Source of the DNA: Octopus vulgaris
Taxonomy: Eukaryota
Assembly: GCA_951406725.2 (NCBI GenBank)
Contig: OX597817.1
Span: forward strand, 77,066,001-77,130,000
Reading direction: 5' to 3'
DNA length: 64,000 bases
The translations under genes were made by a program, and so were the position numbers. Within the stretch, counting starts at the first letter, position 1, and each line of letters begins with the position of its first letter. The notes below the pieces were generated by a model that was given only the letters and a program-made list of their open reading frames with translations, searched no databases and was not told the origin of the DNA. Positions 44,450 through 59,058 of this stretch are shown here, piece by piece.

Positions 44450-44634
44450 CTCTGAATTCATCATATCTCCTCTGCAGTTTGGTATCATGACTCGCAAGTT
44501 ATGGGTCTGTCTCTGCTGTGAATTCGGAGACTGTTTGGTCATAACTTTGTTCGACAAGACCCCAGGAGATGTGCTGGGCGAAGATCTCTGCTGATAGCTA
44601 TTAGCAGCAGAGGTACTGAGATCGACCATTCCAC
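44450..44634 (-). CDS. MEF2: MEF2 exon: (G)GMVDLSTSAANSYQQRSSPSTSPGVLSNKVMTKQSPNSQQRQTHNLRVMIPNCRGDMMNSE
   Basis: Acceptor ttgttgtag|GT, donor GAG|gtaact; 185 nt, phase 1-0. Contains SPG and LRVMIP, equivalent to the LRV(V/L)IP MAPK-docking segment of vertebrate MEF2A/C. Confidence 0.92.
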
Positions 44635-44704
44635 CTACAACAAAATAAAAAAAAAAGAAATGATTCTTAAAATATTTGAGTATATGTAATTATGCATATG
44701 GCTA

Positions 44705-44744
<40 letters not shown>

Positions 44745-46368
44745 AGAGTGTATTTTAGAACAAAAATTATTATGGTATTGGCTTAGTTTATAGGAATGGT
44801 CACTTTGGATTGCTAGCTTTTGTTAACACAATAATGAAGCTATTTCTTTATTTGAAGAAGTTTGTTTCCTAACCATATGACCCTGTATTTATTACCATTG
44901 TGAAGAACTTTGGGAAAGTATTTCCTGCTATAGCATTGGGCCGACCAAAGTCTTATGAATGGATTTGGTAGAGAGAAACTGAAAGAAGCCCATAACACAA
45001 ACACACACACGTATCTATGTATGTGTTTGTGTGTCTCCTAGTCTTGATATCATGTAATAGTTGTAAAAGAGTGTCACTAATGCATAAGTGGTGTTGGTCA
45101 CTTCCAATCTTCCATGAAAACATGTCAGGACATGTGGAAATATTAAATTGTGTGGAAACAGGAGGGCAGTGGCAACAGGAAAAGCATCTGATTCAACAAA
45201 TTCTATCTAATCCAAGGAAGCATAGAAAAGTGGAACTTAGTGGCTCTCTATGTTCTGAGTTCAAACCATGCCCTGGCCAGTAAAAATCATTGTTCCAGGG
45301 TCAGTAAAGTAGAGTGACAATCAAGTTCTGGATGTCATTTAAGTGATTCTAGTCTAATCCCCAGAAATATGTAGCCATTTGGCAATGTCAGAAAGCATTG
45401 CTAACACTAGCAAGATTTGATCTCAGAATTAAGGAAAAAAACTGCATCAGCTGTCATAAAACAATAAAGTCACAGAAAGTGTCAAAATTGTGCTTTCTCA
45501 TAATGTCTGTACATCTCTCTGGAACACCCAATCACAGTAAAAGTAAGATGGCTGAGAGGATATTGTATTGAGTTACCAGCCCATAGATCTTGAGTTCAAA
45601 TTCAGAGAATGTGTTTGGTTGCATAGTTGGATGGCAGATGTAATTCGCTTATCTCTTAAGGGTGGATACTTGGTCATCAGTAATGCTTCCTGCAATAATA
45701 GGCTGGTGTCCCACTTATGTGGATTTCTGTTTTTATATCATAAAACTGGAGCCAAGTTCTGGCCCCTTAAAAGGCTTCCAAGAGACTTTCAAACTTTTAC
45801 ATTATTCTTACAAGCTTATGTGTGTGACAACAAAATATAAAAAGGAAATAAAAAAGGTGGGGGCGGGGAATGAAAAAACGATGACAAACTACAAGGACTT
45901 ATATAAAAGATGCAGAGCCAAAAAAAATAATAAATAAATAAACATTTGTATTTTAGTCAATAAGAATAAAAAATTTTTTTGAAACATTACTTTAAGTTGT
46001 GTGGATGGTAATGCTTTTATAAGTAACATCAACAACAGCAATGGAAATGACAAGAACAAATAATTGAAATAAAAGAAATGTGAAAGTCATGATAAGTAAG
46101 TAATATTCTCCAAGACTCCAGTAAAAATCATTGCATGTTAAAACTAAAAGATACTTTAGAATTTCCTCTACTTTCTCTTGGCAAAACTTGTACTTTTGCT
46201 ACAATATATCGGTAGGTTAACCTCTTCTTTCACTTCATGCTTGAACAAACATTAAATTTAAGTTTTCCTCATTTAAAAAAAAAAATTCGTTTTTTCCATT
46301 TCTGAACTTTTTTTTTTATTTAATTCAAATTTCTTTTTTGTACAATACATACATACATACACATACAT

Positions 46369-46455
<87 letters not shown>

Positions 46456-47912
46456 CACACATGTATATATATAAACACAATATATATATGAGTGCGCATG
46501 TGTGTGTGTGTATATATATATATATATACACATATACATTCCTACACACACATATACATGCCAGCAATTAATAAATACATACATACATACACACATATAT
46601 ATATATATATATATGAAAATGGAGAAATTGACATATGCACACAATATAAATAAATATATGCATATATATATACACACATACATGGTTTAAAGATACATAT
46701 ATATATATATATTCTTTTTTTTTGTTCACTGCTAGATGGAGTGCACAGAAATTGTGAAACTCTGAAAATGTTATGTAGCAGATGAAAAGCAATATGATCC
46801 CACTTTCTGATAAGTAGATCACTTTACTTAGTAAAATGCATCCCAACAGACTAGACTGCATGTATACTTGTTATATACTGCAACCAAGAAAAATCTGATA
46901 TTTTCTTAAACTGTATATCGGAACCAGACAGTCTGCACTCGGTGTTTAAATGTTGCAACAGAGTAACTGACAGCTTTTGAGAAATTGTGGGGTTGACGAC
47001 GGTAGATTTTCCTATTGTACAGTTTCGTTTTCTTTTCTTGTTCATCATTGAAATTACCATAGTCACCACCACCACCACCACCACCACCACCACCACCACG
47101 AGCAGCAGCAAAACCACCACTCTTATCATCACCATATCAGCCGTTATCATCATTGTTGTCGTCATCGTCAGCATTGTCCCAATCATCATCACCATCATCA
47201 TCCACATCCTGATCATCATCATTATTATTGTCATAATCATCATCACCATCATCATCATCATTGTCGTCGCCATCTTCATCGCCATCATCATCATTGCCTT
47301 CCCTCTTACTTGAAACATAGCATTTAAATTCTTGTGCCGAACTTGTCGACATGTTTCTGTTGCAAGAAGTTTCAACCTGCCTTACGACGTATCACAATGT
47401 CAACCCCACTCTTCTACACATACACACACACATTCCTCCCACACCACACCCACTGTACTCCACATTAAGTTATTCAAGAACTATACTTCTCAATACATCA
47501 CATTTCTTTTACTCTTTTATTGTCTTACATGTTTCAGTCAATTGACTGTGGCCATGCTGGAGCACCACCTTAAGAGGGTTTTAGTCGAATAAATCCACCA
47601 CAAGACTTATTCTTTATAAACCTAGTAATTTATTCTATCGGTCTCTTTTTGCCGAACCACTAAGTTGTGGGGACATAAACACACACACACACACACAGAG
47701 GTTTCTTTTAGTTTCTGTCTACCAGATCTACTCACAAGGCTTTGGTTAACAGTTAGCCAAGAGCCATAGTAGAAGACACTTGCCCAAGGTGCCATGTAAT
47801 GGGACTGAACTTAAAACTATGTGACTGGAAAGCAAACTTCTTAACCACATAGGCCTACCTGTATCTATCTATATATGAAACAGAATAATGAGATAGCTTA
47901 TCGAATACTAAC

Positions 47913-48096
47913 CTGTGGAATTTGGTCTTGGACTGACACTGGGTCCAACCCCATGTGGTTGAAGCAGACCTGTTGTGCTACTAATAGATGAATTTTGAGC
48001 CAGCGAGGAAGTGATCGGAGACTGGACCATGTAGCCAGGGTTATGTAGAGGTACACTGACTGGCATCGACACATTTGGATACTGCTGCATACTTGC
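47913..48096 (-). CDS. MEF2: MEF2 exon: ASMQQYPNVSMPVSVPLHNPGYMVQSPITSSLAQNSSISSTTGLLQPHGVGPSVSPRPNST(G)
   Basis: Acceptor tttttcag|GCA, donor ACAG|gttagt; 184 nt, phase 0-1. MPVSVP and RPxSTG motifs are typical of the MEF2 transactivation region. Confidence 0.93.
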
Positions 48097-50941
48097 CTGA
48101 AAAAAAGAAATAATGATAATAATATTTTCTTTATTAACTCCTATGGGTTGAAAAAACAGTAGAATAACAGTAACAAAAAGAAACAATAAATTCCATGCAA
48201 TGAATAATTTTTTTAAAAGGGGTAAAACCTTGTCAAAACCCCACAAAACAATGAATATCCTGACCACAAATGCAAGTGCTCACTCTCTGCTGCCCTCTTT
48301 TAATCTACAAATGGATGCTCAGAGCATGACCTTTCACTTGAATCATGCTCACCACTCTTGTTCACCTTTCAACAAATTTGCTGGGAGGCAGCACTTCCCG
48401 TTCTACTCTCACTTTTAATTTCAAATGAAGCCTGAAAAATCTGATGAGGGCCTGGCAAAAGATGAAGGTGTCTGTCTTCAGTCCTTTCAATCTGATTCAC
48501 CAAACAACCCCTTTTGCAGGATGAACTTTACATTGGACCCAGCTGATGGTCATATCAGTCCTACCCATGACAGCAGATATACAACATAACTTCACACAGC
48601 ATTGGAGTTAATGAATTATCTTTGAATTATCTCTAGCAAATACTAGGTATGTTTTTTTTTTGTCAAGCGATGGAAGATGAAATGTAAAATCCACTGTGGT
48701 TAGAATTTGAACTCAGAAATAAAAGTAGGGAACAAAAACATAGAGATGAAACAAAACTGTCTGAAGCATCTAACTGGATGTAGAACCCAATAATTGCCAC
48801 CCCACTCTTGTGAAATGGTAAATGATGTAGTTCTTTAATCATTTGCAATTAACCCTTGAGCATACTGGGTGCATGTTTCCTCAGCGTCAGACCATGAATT
48901 AACATTCCAAGAATACTATAAAACATTTAGTTTTGAATTTTACTATTTCTAGGGCTTTGCAGACCCCAGAGATTATAAAACAGTATTGAATAATAATAAT
49001 AATAATCCTTTCTACTATAGGGTTCCTGCAGGTGAATCCTCTTAAAAAGGGGGAGCAGCATTATCACTTCTGCTGTGGAGGAAGGGTCTTCTTGAGTACT
49101 TTATATAAATGAAAATGAAAGGGACCTAGTCCTACCCTCTGACCAGTTACAGTGGCTCTGTAGTGGGCTGTAGGCACTATCTTCCCTCAAGAACTTCTGA
49201 AGGGTACAATGAAACTAAATACAAAATAGTCTTTCAATCTGATACTAGGTCTTTATAGTCTTTTGACTATCTCAAAATAATATGTTGAGGCCAGGAGATA
49301 GGGAGAGAAAGAGAGAGCGAGAGAGATGTAAACAATTGAATGAAGCCCCCAGTATGTTTTTAGAATTTATTATTTTTCTAATAATTCCCCTTGAGACAGA
49401 TGTAAAGAATATCTAGGAAGGATGTCAATTCAGTATTTCATATTATCAACTATCACTTAGAGATAAGCTCTGTTCTGGTAGAATTGAAAAAACATTCTTT
49501 GACAAAAAATATAACAACAACAACAACAACTGCTGTCACCACCACCACCATCACCACCACCACCACCACCACCACTGCCTCTATTACTACACCGATATTT
49601 TCATCATCATTGTTTTAATATCAACATTTCCATGCTCGGAAGGGGCAGATGGAATCTGTTGAGGCAGAGGTTCTACAGATAGATGCCTTTCCTGTTGCAA
49701 ACCTTCAATTGCTTGCAAGCAAGGTAATATTCCTGCACCCACCCCATGACCAGACATGGATTCAGGGAAGGCAGCAAATAAAGAAGACTGCTTATATGAT
49801 GGTACCACTATCATGTGATATGAAGACAAAGAGACACTAAGATTACACAGCCTCATGCACACACACACACACACACACAACAGGCTTCTTTCTGTTTCCA
49901 TCTACCAAATCCACTCGCAAGGTATTGGTTGGCCCAAGGCTACAGTAGAAGATACTTATCCAAGGTGCAATGCAGTGAGATTGAACCTAGAACCATGTGG
50001 ATGAGGAAGCAAGCTTCTCACCACAGAGCCATGTCTGCATGAAATATATAACAAAAATATAAACCCCCCAAACTACTCCACCCCTAAAATTCAACCCTCC
50101 CCACTTTAGATCATATCATATCAAAAATAAAAACAACAAAAACAAACCGATGGTCTGTTCTAAAAAAAAGTGGGGAAAGAAAACCCCCATCTCTAAGACT
50201 AGAGATGAGGGTAGCTACAGATGTTGGAGGTGGATAGGGGGGCAGGTAAACAGCTCATTCACCCGAGGGTGGGAAAGGTAGCAATTCGGTGGGGAGGTGT
50301 AGGGAAGGTGGTGAACTGGATGATGGGAAGGAAGTAAGTTGAAGATAAAAAAAAAAATGTAAGAGATAGTTCAGGTTGAGAGAATATCAAGGATGGAGTA
50401 CAGGTGAGATAAGTAGTGAGTGAGGAAGGGAACACCAATGACTGTGGCTACCACCACCAGAATGATATTAGGAGTGATGGTGGTGGTGGTGATAGAGGAG
50501 GAGGTGTCAGTGTTGGTGGTAGGGCAGAGGTAGGTGCAGGCAGCAGAAAAAAAGGGATCATATAGGTATTTAGGAATGGGCCAATTTTTATTATTTTTAA
50601 ATATAAAAAAAAAACTATATAAATTGTGAGAGAGAGAGAGGGGAAGAGAGAAAGAGTGAGGGAGAGGGAAGATAATTGAGGAGAAGGAAGAGAAACTATA
50701 TATATATATATTTAGAGAGAGGGGGAGAGAGAGACGAAGATAATTGAGGGAGATGAAAGAGGCAAAAATGGATAGGGATTTCAAAAATGCAGGGTAGAGG
50801 AGAAATAATGATAAGGCCCTGAAAAAGCCTAGAATGTTGTTGAGGTAAGAGTGAAAAAAAGATGGGGGGGGGGCTGGGTTGACAGGAGAAAAACAACAGA
50901 TTGTCCCAGGGGTGGAGACAGTGGCTAGAAGATACAGGAAA

Positions 50942-50977
<36 letters not shown>

Positions 50978-51424
50978 TATGTATATGTATGTGTGTAATA
51001 ATGAACAGGAGAAGAATGAAATACATAAGGTAATGTACAAAAGCTTATTTAAAAGGTGATTTAATGGCATGATGTTCTGGAGCTTCTCTGTTGTGTGTTC
51101 TGATTCCTCAACCAAGGGATGACAGCATTCCCCTATATGAGAAATCAAGTGCTCATCGAGGAAACTCCAGAATGTGATAAGAAGCTTGCTTCCTAACGAC
51201 ATGGTTCTGGGTTCAGTCCCACTGCATGGCACGCTGGGCAAACATCTTCTATTATAGTCTCAGGCCAATGAATGTCTTATGAGTGAATTTGGTGGATGGA
51301 AACTGAAAGAAGCCCATCATATATATATATATATACACACATACACACACACTAAGTATGGGGGGTTAATTCAAAAGTGATCTAAACAATTAGGCACGTC
51401 TTAATGTTTGCTGTCCTGTTTAAC

Positions 51425-51465
<41 letters not shown>

Positions 51466-52895
51466 ACACACACATATATATGTGTGTGTGTGTGTGTAGC
51501 TGAAGGATTAAAATTAATCAAAGGACATACTAAGTATGTCTACCTGCTGGAAATAACAGTCAAAACTCTTATTTAAATTGCCAACATACACTGATAATAA
51601 CTACAGAAATTAACCGTCTGAAGGCAAAGGGGCTAAGACAATCTCTCAGCATACATTCAAGTATTTGGACTCATATGGACTCACATATATATATATATAT
51701 ACATGGAGGCACATGGCCTAGTGGGTAGAGCAGCGGACTCGCAGTCGAGGGATCACGGGTTTGAGTCTCAGACCAGGTGATTTATGTTTATTTGCAAAAC
51801 ACCTAAGCTCTACACGGCAGAAGATAATTATGAAGTTCTGCTGACTCTTTCACCACAACTTTCTCTCACTCTTTCCTCCTGCATCTTGCAGCTTACCTTC
51901 GATGGACCGGCATCCCATCCAGGTGGGGAAACTATACGCCAAGGAAACTGGGAAACCGGCCATAATGAGCCAAGCATGGCTCGAGAAGGAACAAACAATA
52001 TATATATATATATATGCATGTATATTTTATGTTTGTGTGTCTCCTTGTTCATGACCCCCACCATTGCTTCACAGCCAGTGTTGGGGGTTTTGTTTTCATA
52101 ACTTATTGTCTCAGTTTGAGTATACGTATGTTTGCCTATATCTATGCAGGTATGCAGGAGTGCATATATTTGACTGAGTACAGTATATGCATTAATTTAT
52201 GTATGTATGCATATGTATGTATATATATGTACATATATGTTTGTATGAGCGAATAAAAGCATACACTTATATATGTATACATACATGCATATATATATAT
52301 ATATACATAGTTTGTTGTGTGTATGTGTATGTATATGTGCACGATAGATAAGAAGGAATATCAGCCGACAAAGATATGATATCTTACTAGTTTAACATCA
52401 AGAATGGGGTATCTAGCGAAGTGAGGGTGGGTGGGAATTATAGGGAATATATTTTTTTAAAAGAATTCTACAAGTAACCCAAAATAAAGTTAGTAATGGG
52501 AATATCACGCGCTGCAACTCCTCACCCTGTTAAATGAGGATGTGATTTTGTATCATGTTTCAAACAGTATTAATACTGGTCAGAGTTGTCTTCTATTAAG
52601 GGAAACACACACATACAGATACACACATAGACATACATACATATATACATGCCTATATATATATATATATAAACATGCACATTTGATGTCGTTCTGCAAT
52701 GACTTCAACATCCGATGTTTGGCTCACTGTACACCTGACCAGGCAACGTTGATTTGATGGTGTGAGCTGATGTCCTGCACAAACATTTGATCCCTATAAA
52801 CAAATCATCTGGGCAGGTGGGCAGGTCAGGTTGTACAGCAAAAAATTGGAAATCCATCATCTGTCATCTACGACAGGAAATCTACCACCACACAC

Positions 52896-52963
<68 letters not shown>

Positions 52964-53138
52964 ATATGCATATATATATATATATATATGTAGGTATATA
53001 GTAAAAGTAAAGTAAAGGTAGCTTTACTTTACTTTTACTTTCGTTGTGGCATTGTGGCAGAGTAAAGCAGGCCTTGCCATCTTCTCAAGCAAACACATAG
53101 TAAATGATCCACAAGCACTCGAGCAAACTGATTCCTTA

Positions 53139-53210
53139 ACCTGTTCCATTTGCCAAAAAAGGGTTTGCAAGGCACCAACAGGCTTCAAGAGACACATGCA
53201 TGTCCATAGA
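53139..53210 (+). mobile_element. C2H2 zinc-finger fragment from the end of an RTE-type LINE ORF
   Basis: TCSICQKRVCKAPTGFKRHMHVHR, isolated, antisense within a MEF2 intron. Confidence 0.55.
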
Positions 53211-53521
53211 ACATTATTTTACTGAACCCTCATTTGTTGTGAATGATAAGAGAATCCATCCTATGTATACATGACAGAAGCAATATGGCAGGACAATGCT
53301 GGAATATTATAACGTCAGCTACAGGATTTAAACTCTGTGACTGCAGTAAAGCATAGCACCATGCGAGCTTCCACACCAAAGCTACACCTCAGCCTTGAAC
53401 ATTCAATGTAAAAGACTGAACCTAACTAGCTTGGGTTACATGTACTGGTTGCCTGTTGATGGCCGGATCTGGATTGGAAGTACAAAGGAATATCACTAGA
53501 GTAGGAGCTTTGTTGACTTAC

Positions 53522-53662
53522 CCGTATGGAGTTCTGTTGCATGACTCTTGCGTATTCCTCGTTGATGCGGCCATATTTCTCCTCTGAGCGCGGTCCCAGC
53601 ATGTATTGTTCATGGTCTGGTTCTGGACTCTCACAGCCCTTATGTTCCTTTTTGTTCAAAGC
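53522..53662 (-). CDS. MEF2: MEF2 internal exon following the MADS/MEF2 domain (alpha-type exon): ALNKKEHKGCESPEPDHEQYMLGPRSEEKYGRINEEYARVMQQNSIR
   Basis: Acceptor ttcttag|GCT, donor CGG|gtaagt; 141 nt, phase 0-0. The peptide resembles the MEF2-family segment LxKK..GC.SP.PD....L.P..EEKY..I.EE. Confidence 0.95.
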
Positions 53663-55301
53663 CTAAGAATAGACAAACAAACAAACAAATAAATATATAT
53701 ATAAATAAATAAATAAAATAATTATTTAATAAATAAACTAACAAATACAAACAAAAATTTAAAGAACATTTATGGGTTTTTGAATTTATTCTGACATGCG
53801 GGCCAGCATAGAACGTGGATGTTAAATTATGATGGTGGTGATGATGATGAGTGCATTTTAAATTCATTATATCTATTTGTTCATATTTATTTAAATGCAC
53901 TTGGGGGAAAATTGGCATCCTCTTCCACCTCGTCACCATCATTAAATGTGCATGTTCCATGCTGGCATGGGTCGGACTGCTTGGCACAGTCCAGTGGATC
54001 TAAAGACTGCATTGTGCACCAATGTCTGTTTTTGGCATGGTCTCTGTGGATGGATGCCCCTTCAAATGTCAACCACTTTACAGGGTGCACATACAAGGTG
54101 CCTTTTTTTTATAGCACCAACACTAGTGAGATTGTCATGCAGCCTGCAAGACAGAGTGAGGTTAGAGTACGAGGGAAGGTGGCATTATGCTAGAAGGTGA
54201 GAGGATTAAAGTGTCAGGGAAGGGATAAGAATAGAAAAAGTTTCTTATAGCATGGATCAAGAATTGAAACTACAATTTTATGATCACAAGTCTAACACTT
54301 TAGCCATTAAGCCATGTGCCTCCACAACAAGGTTACCTTCTAGAGTCATAGTGACTCATAAAGGCCAGTTTTCTGGTTTCATGCTGTATATATTAACCAC
54401 CTGGATGGGAAGCCAGTCTATCGCAGAATTACTCATTTTTGCCAGCTGAGTGGACAGGAGCAATGTGAAAGGAAGTGTTTTGCTCAAGAACACAATGTGT
54501 CAGCCAGTCCAGGAATTAAAATCACAAGCTTATGCTCATGAGTCCAACACCACAACCACTAAGCCACACGCCTCCACTTACAGCATGGGTACTTTACAAC
54601 TAGTCACATTTCAGAAGAGGAATAGGAGTGGGTGGGATGGCACTGGAAACAGGCGAAAATTGTGATGATGAGACATCAGAGTGGATCCTCAAGATATGAG
54701 GTGACTAAAGATGAGTGGGGACAGCAGGACAAGAATTAGGGGTGGATAAAGCTTACAAGAGTGTATGGGAGAGTGAGAGATTATTAGAGATAATGGCTGA
54801 GAAAATGATTATGAAGATCAAGTGTAATGGGAAGATAAATAGAAATGAGGGTAAATAATTTGATCCATGCACTTGGAACGAGTAGCGAAGATATATATTT
54901 TTTTTTTCGTGAGTTACCATTAATTCTAAAGGATAGTGAAAAACGTATAGGGCAGGGGTCAAGGCTTTAGCCAGGAGTGTGAATTACACAAATGCTTATG
55001 CAAAATACGATTTCTATCATTATTTCAAATATGCAGGTGGTCTGTTTTTTTTGTTTGTTTTTCTTTCCTGAAAAGTTTTAGTTAATACATGTGAAATTAC
55101 TCAAGTTGTGAAATGAACAGAAAAAATAAAAAGATCTGGTTTATAGAAAAACCTACTAAGAAAAACATAACACACACTCATTGATATATATATATATATA
55201 TTATATATATATATATATATAACACACACACACATACATAAATATATATATTTATATATATAAATATATATACATATATATATATACGTACATGTATATA
55301 A

Positions 55302-55366
<65 letters not shown>

Positions 55367-55590
55367 CATACATATATATAAATATATTGACATATATATA
55401 AATATATATACATATATATACATACGTGTATTTAAATATGTATATACATATATATATACATGTATATGAATATATATACATATATATACATACATGTATT
55501 TAAATATGTATATACATATATATATACATATAAATATATATATATATACATATCTATATGCTTATAAATATATATACACATATATAATAA

Positions 55591-55631
<41 letters not shown>

Positions 55632-56181
55632 AATATATATAAGTATATATAAATACACACACACACACACACACATATATGTATATATAAACATATATAA
55701 GTATATATAAATATATATAAATATATATGCACATATATACACACATATATACGTATATATATATACATATATACACAAACAGAGATAGACAGATAGATAG
55801 ACAGACAGACAGACAAACAACCAGACAGATACATAGATATGAATTCCAAAGCAAAAAAATAAACCAAACAGCATTACTCCTAAATCCTACCACAAAAAGA
55901 AAAAAACAATGACAAAACCCAAAGGTTTACTTTGCAAGTGACACTTTAAGATGTGTAATAGTAATAAATAAATAAATAAATAAATAAATAGATTGTGAAT
56001 CAGAGAAGAAGAAGAAGAAAAAAGAACAGAACTAAATAAAACAAATATGCTTGCTCTGCAGGCTTCAACAGACAGATGCAGAGCAAAAGGCTGTCAGCAG
56101 GTTATCTGTCTAATAATACTTACAGAAACACAGGCATATATATGTGTGTGTGTACATATATATGTGTGCATGCGTGCGTGT

Positions 56182-56228
<47 letters not shown>

Positions 56229-56297
56229 GGAGTAAACACATAAATGTGAAACAAGGTGGAAAAAAGAGTACTCAAATACCAGTGGTAGAGTAATATG

Positions 56298-56381
56298 CTT
56301 TATTTTAAGCAGCAGAAAATTCAACAAAATCTGTTACTCAGAGTAACAGATTTTGTTGAATTTTCTGCTGCTTAAAATAAA

Positions 56382-56382
<1 letters not shown>
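56298..56382. repeat. Perfect 42-bp-arm palindrome with a 1-nt loop
   Basis: CTTTATTTTAAGCAGCAGAAAATTCAACAAAATCTGTTACTC-A-GAGTAACAGATTTTGTTGAATTTTCTGCTGCTTAAAATAAAG. Confidence 0.95.
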
Positions 56383-56416
<34 letters not shown>

Positions 56417-56844
56417 TTACTTTTGGTGGTGTGTGTGTATATATATATATACAGATGTGTATATCGTTAGAAAGATGGATAGACAGATGTAGACATATAT
56501 ACATACATATACACACATATACACTCATCTTTACATATATATGATGCAAATTTGTTTACTCTCTATACACACACAGAGATGGATGGATGGATGGATGGAT
56601 GGATGGATGGATGAATTGATAGATAGATAGATAGATAGGACAGATAATCACACATGAAAAGACGTGCATAAGTAATTGTAATAATTCTTTCTCATTGCAT
56701 GGATTTAATCCTGATGAAATACATACATATGTATATGTGTGTGCGCACGTGCGTGTGTATGCCCTGTGTGTATATATATAATATATATGATGTATATATA
56801 TATTTATATGTATACTCTGTGTATGTATATATATATATATACGT

Positions 56845-56879
<35 letters not shown>

Positions 56880-56990
56880 TATTTTATATATACAGACACA
56901 CACACATACTTATATGCACATATACAAACATAAACATTATATATAAACATTTATACATATGTGAGTAAGTCTGTATGTATGTATATATAT

Positions 56991-57034
<44 letters not shown>

Positions 57035-57153
57035 TTCAATTGGTCTGGGTAGTGTTGATTTAGGGGATGTTGTGATGTTTATGCCTATGGGTTATGTGCA
57101 TAATTTGCCCCACTTCCACCAACACATACATATATATATATGCATATATATAT

Positions 57154-57203
<50 letters not shown>

Positions 57204-57924
57204 ACTGTGTGTGCATGTATGTATATTATAGTGTTTTTAAATTTGTCACATTGATGGCAAACTTGTTCACTGCTGGCATATGTGTGAGGGTGTGTCTATA
57301 TAAATGTCGAATATGTCCTTTTGCATATATTCATGTGTGTGTGTGTGTGTGTGTGTGTAAGAGTAATAAAGGCAGAGAGGGTGAGAGAGAAAGAGCGTGC
57401 ATTGTCAGTGACAGTTGGGGAAGGCGGGTACGAGTGGTATAGAAAGAGGAATGAGGGGAAGTGGGTGACGACCTTGGCTTGGGTTACTTGGCTTATTGGA
57501 ATGAAGAGAAGAAAATCGTTATGTCGAAATACTGACGAAGACGGAACTGGTAGGAAAATATACGTGGAGAAATGGGTGAGAAGTTGCAAGTGTATATGAA
57601 TGCACGCATGTGTGTGTGTGTGTGTGTGTGTGTTGGTATAGTTGTATGTGTGTGTATTTATGTATGTCTGTCAGAAAGTATGTATGTATTATCTGTGTAT
57701 GTGTGTGTTATATTTTATGTATGAATACAAATATGTATGTATGCTTGTATGTATTTATGTATGTGTGAATATGTATCAGACTGTGAAGTTGCTGGCATGC
57801 GCATGATTGTGTGCATATGTATGTGTAGATGATTGTGTACATGCATGTATTTAGATTTGTGTGTATGCATGTATGTGTATGTTATGGTATGAGAATGAGA
57901 AGGGAGATAAATAGACAGTGAGAC

Positions 57925-58032
57925 AATAGATAGATGGGACAGACAGACAGATAAATAGATAGATAGATAGATGAGACAGACAGACAAATAGATAGATAGA
58001 TAGATAGATAGTTAGATGGGACAGACAGACAA

Positions 58033-58097
<65 letters not shown>

Positions 58098-58343
58098 CAG
58101 ATAGATAGATAGATAGATAGATGAGACAGATATTTGAATGAGATAGAAAGATAGAAAAATAGATAGATAAATGAGACAGACAGATAGATAGATGAGGTTG
58201 TTAAATAGATAGATAGATAGATAGATAGATATGTTTCTTTATTAGCCACACAGGGCTGCACACAGACAGGACAAAATTACAAGGTAGAGCTTTTCTTTTT
58301 TGGTTTTCGATCAAAAGGGATCGTAAATGGAAAGAAAGAGGAC

Positions 58344-58436
<93 letters not shown>
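57925..58436. repeat. (GATA/GACA)n tetranucleotide tracts; also at 5234-5324 and 36609-36710
   Basis: Directly visible. Confidence 0.95.
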
Positions 58437-58437
<1 letters not shown>

Positions 58438-59058
58438 CCTGATGGAATGGGTTGGGAAGATGGCAAAAAAAATAAGAGAGCAAAATTAATGGGGTGGGGA
58501 GGAGAATAAATATGTCAAGATATGGGGAATGTAAGTGTGGTAGAATGGGGATCATGCCAGTGTCTAACCATTTTCTTATGCCGACATTCTTACACAGATG
58601 AAGATTGGAACATAGCTTTCCTTTTTTTATTAAGAATTCACCTCCAGAGAAAAAGAAATAGCTACTGGGAATCCTAATGTTGATGTGGTTATTGTGATGG
58701 TGGTGGTAGTGGCAGTGGTAGTAACTAGATGATGATGATGATGATGATGATGATGTTAATAATTGTGAAGGTGGTGGGGGGCCATTAATGATGATTATGA
58801 TGCTGATGATGTTGTTAGTGATGATGATAGTTTTTAGCAGTTGCAGTAGGTGTAGACGTGTTAGTATACTGGGCGAAATGCTGAACAGTATTTCGCCTGC
58901 AAACTGCATTCTGAGTTCAATTTCCACTGAGGTCGACTTTACCTTTCATCCTTTCAGGGGTCGATAAAATAAGCACCAGTTGAGCACTGGGGTTCGATGT
59001 AATTGATTCATCCCCTCCCCCCAAAAACTGCTACCCTTGTGGCAAAATCTGAAACTAT

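Noticed and set aside
48430-48470. Other CTGATGA matches (also about 1718, 31228, 56712) as hammerheads
   Set aside because: No properly placed stem II, GAAA box or stem I complement.
52990-53029. Palindrome AGTAAAAGTAAAGTAAAG / CTTTACTTTACTTTTACT
   Set aside because: Low-complexity (GTAAA)n tails meeting in inverted orientation; likely retroelement tails.
57480-57560. Exon-like segment on the minus strand (ttttcctaccag|TTC...)
   Set aside because: In-frame stop and weak donor; no homology.
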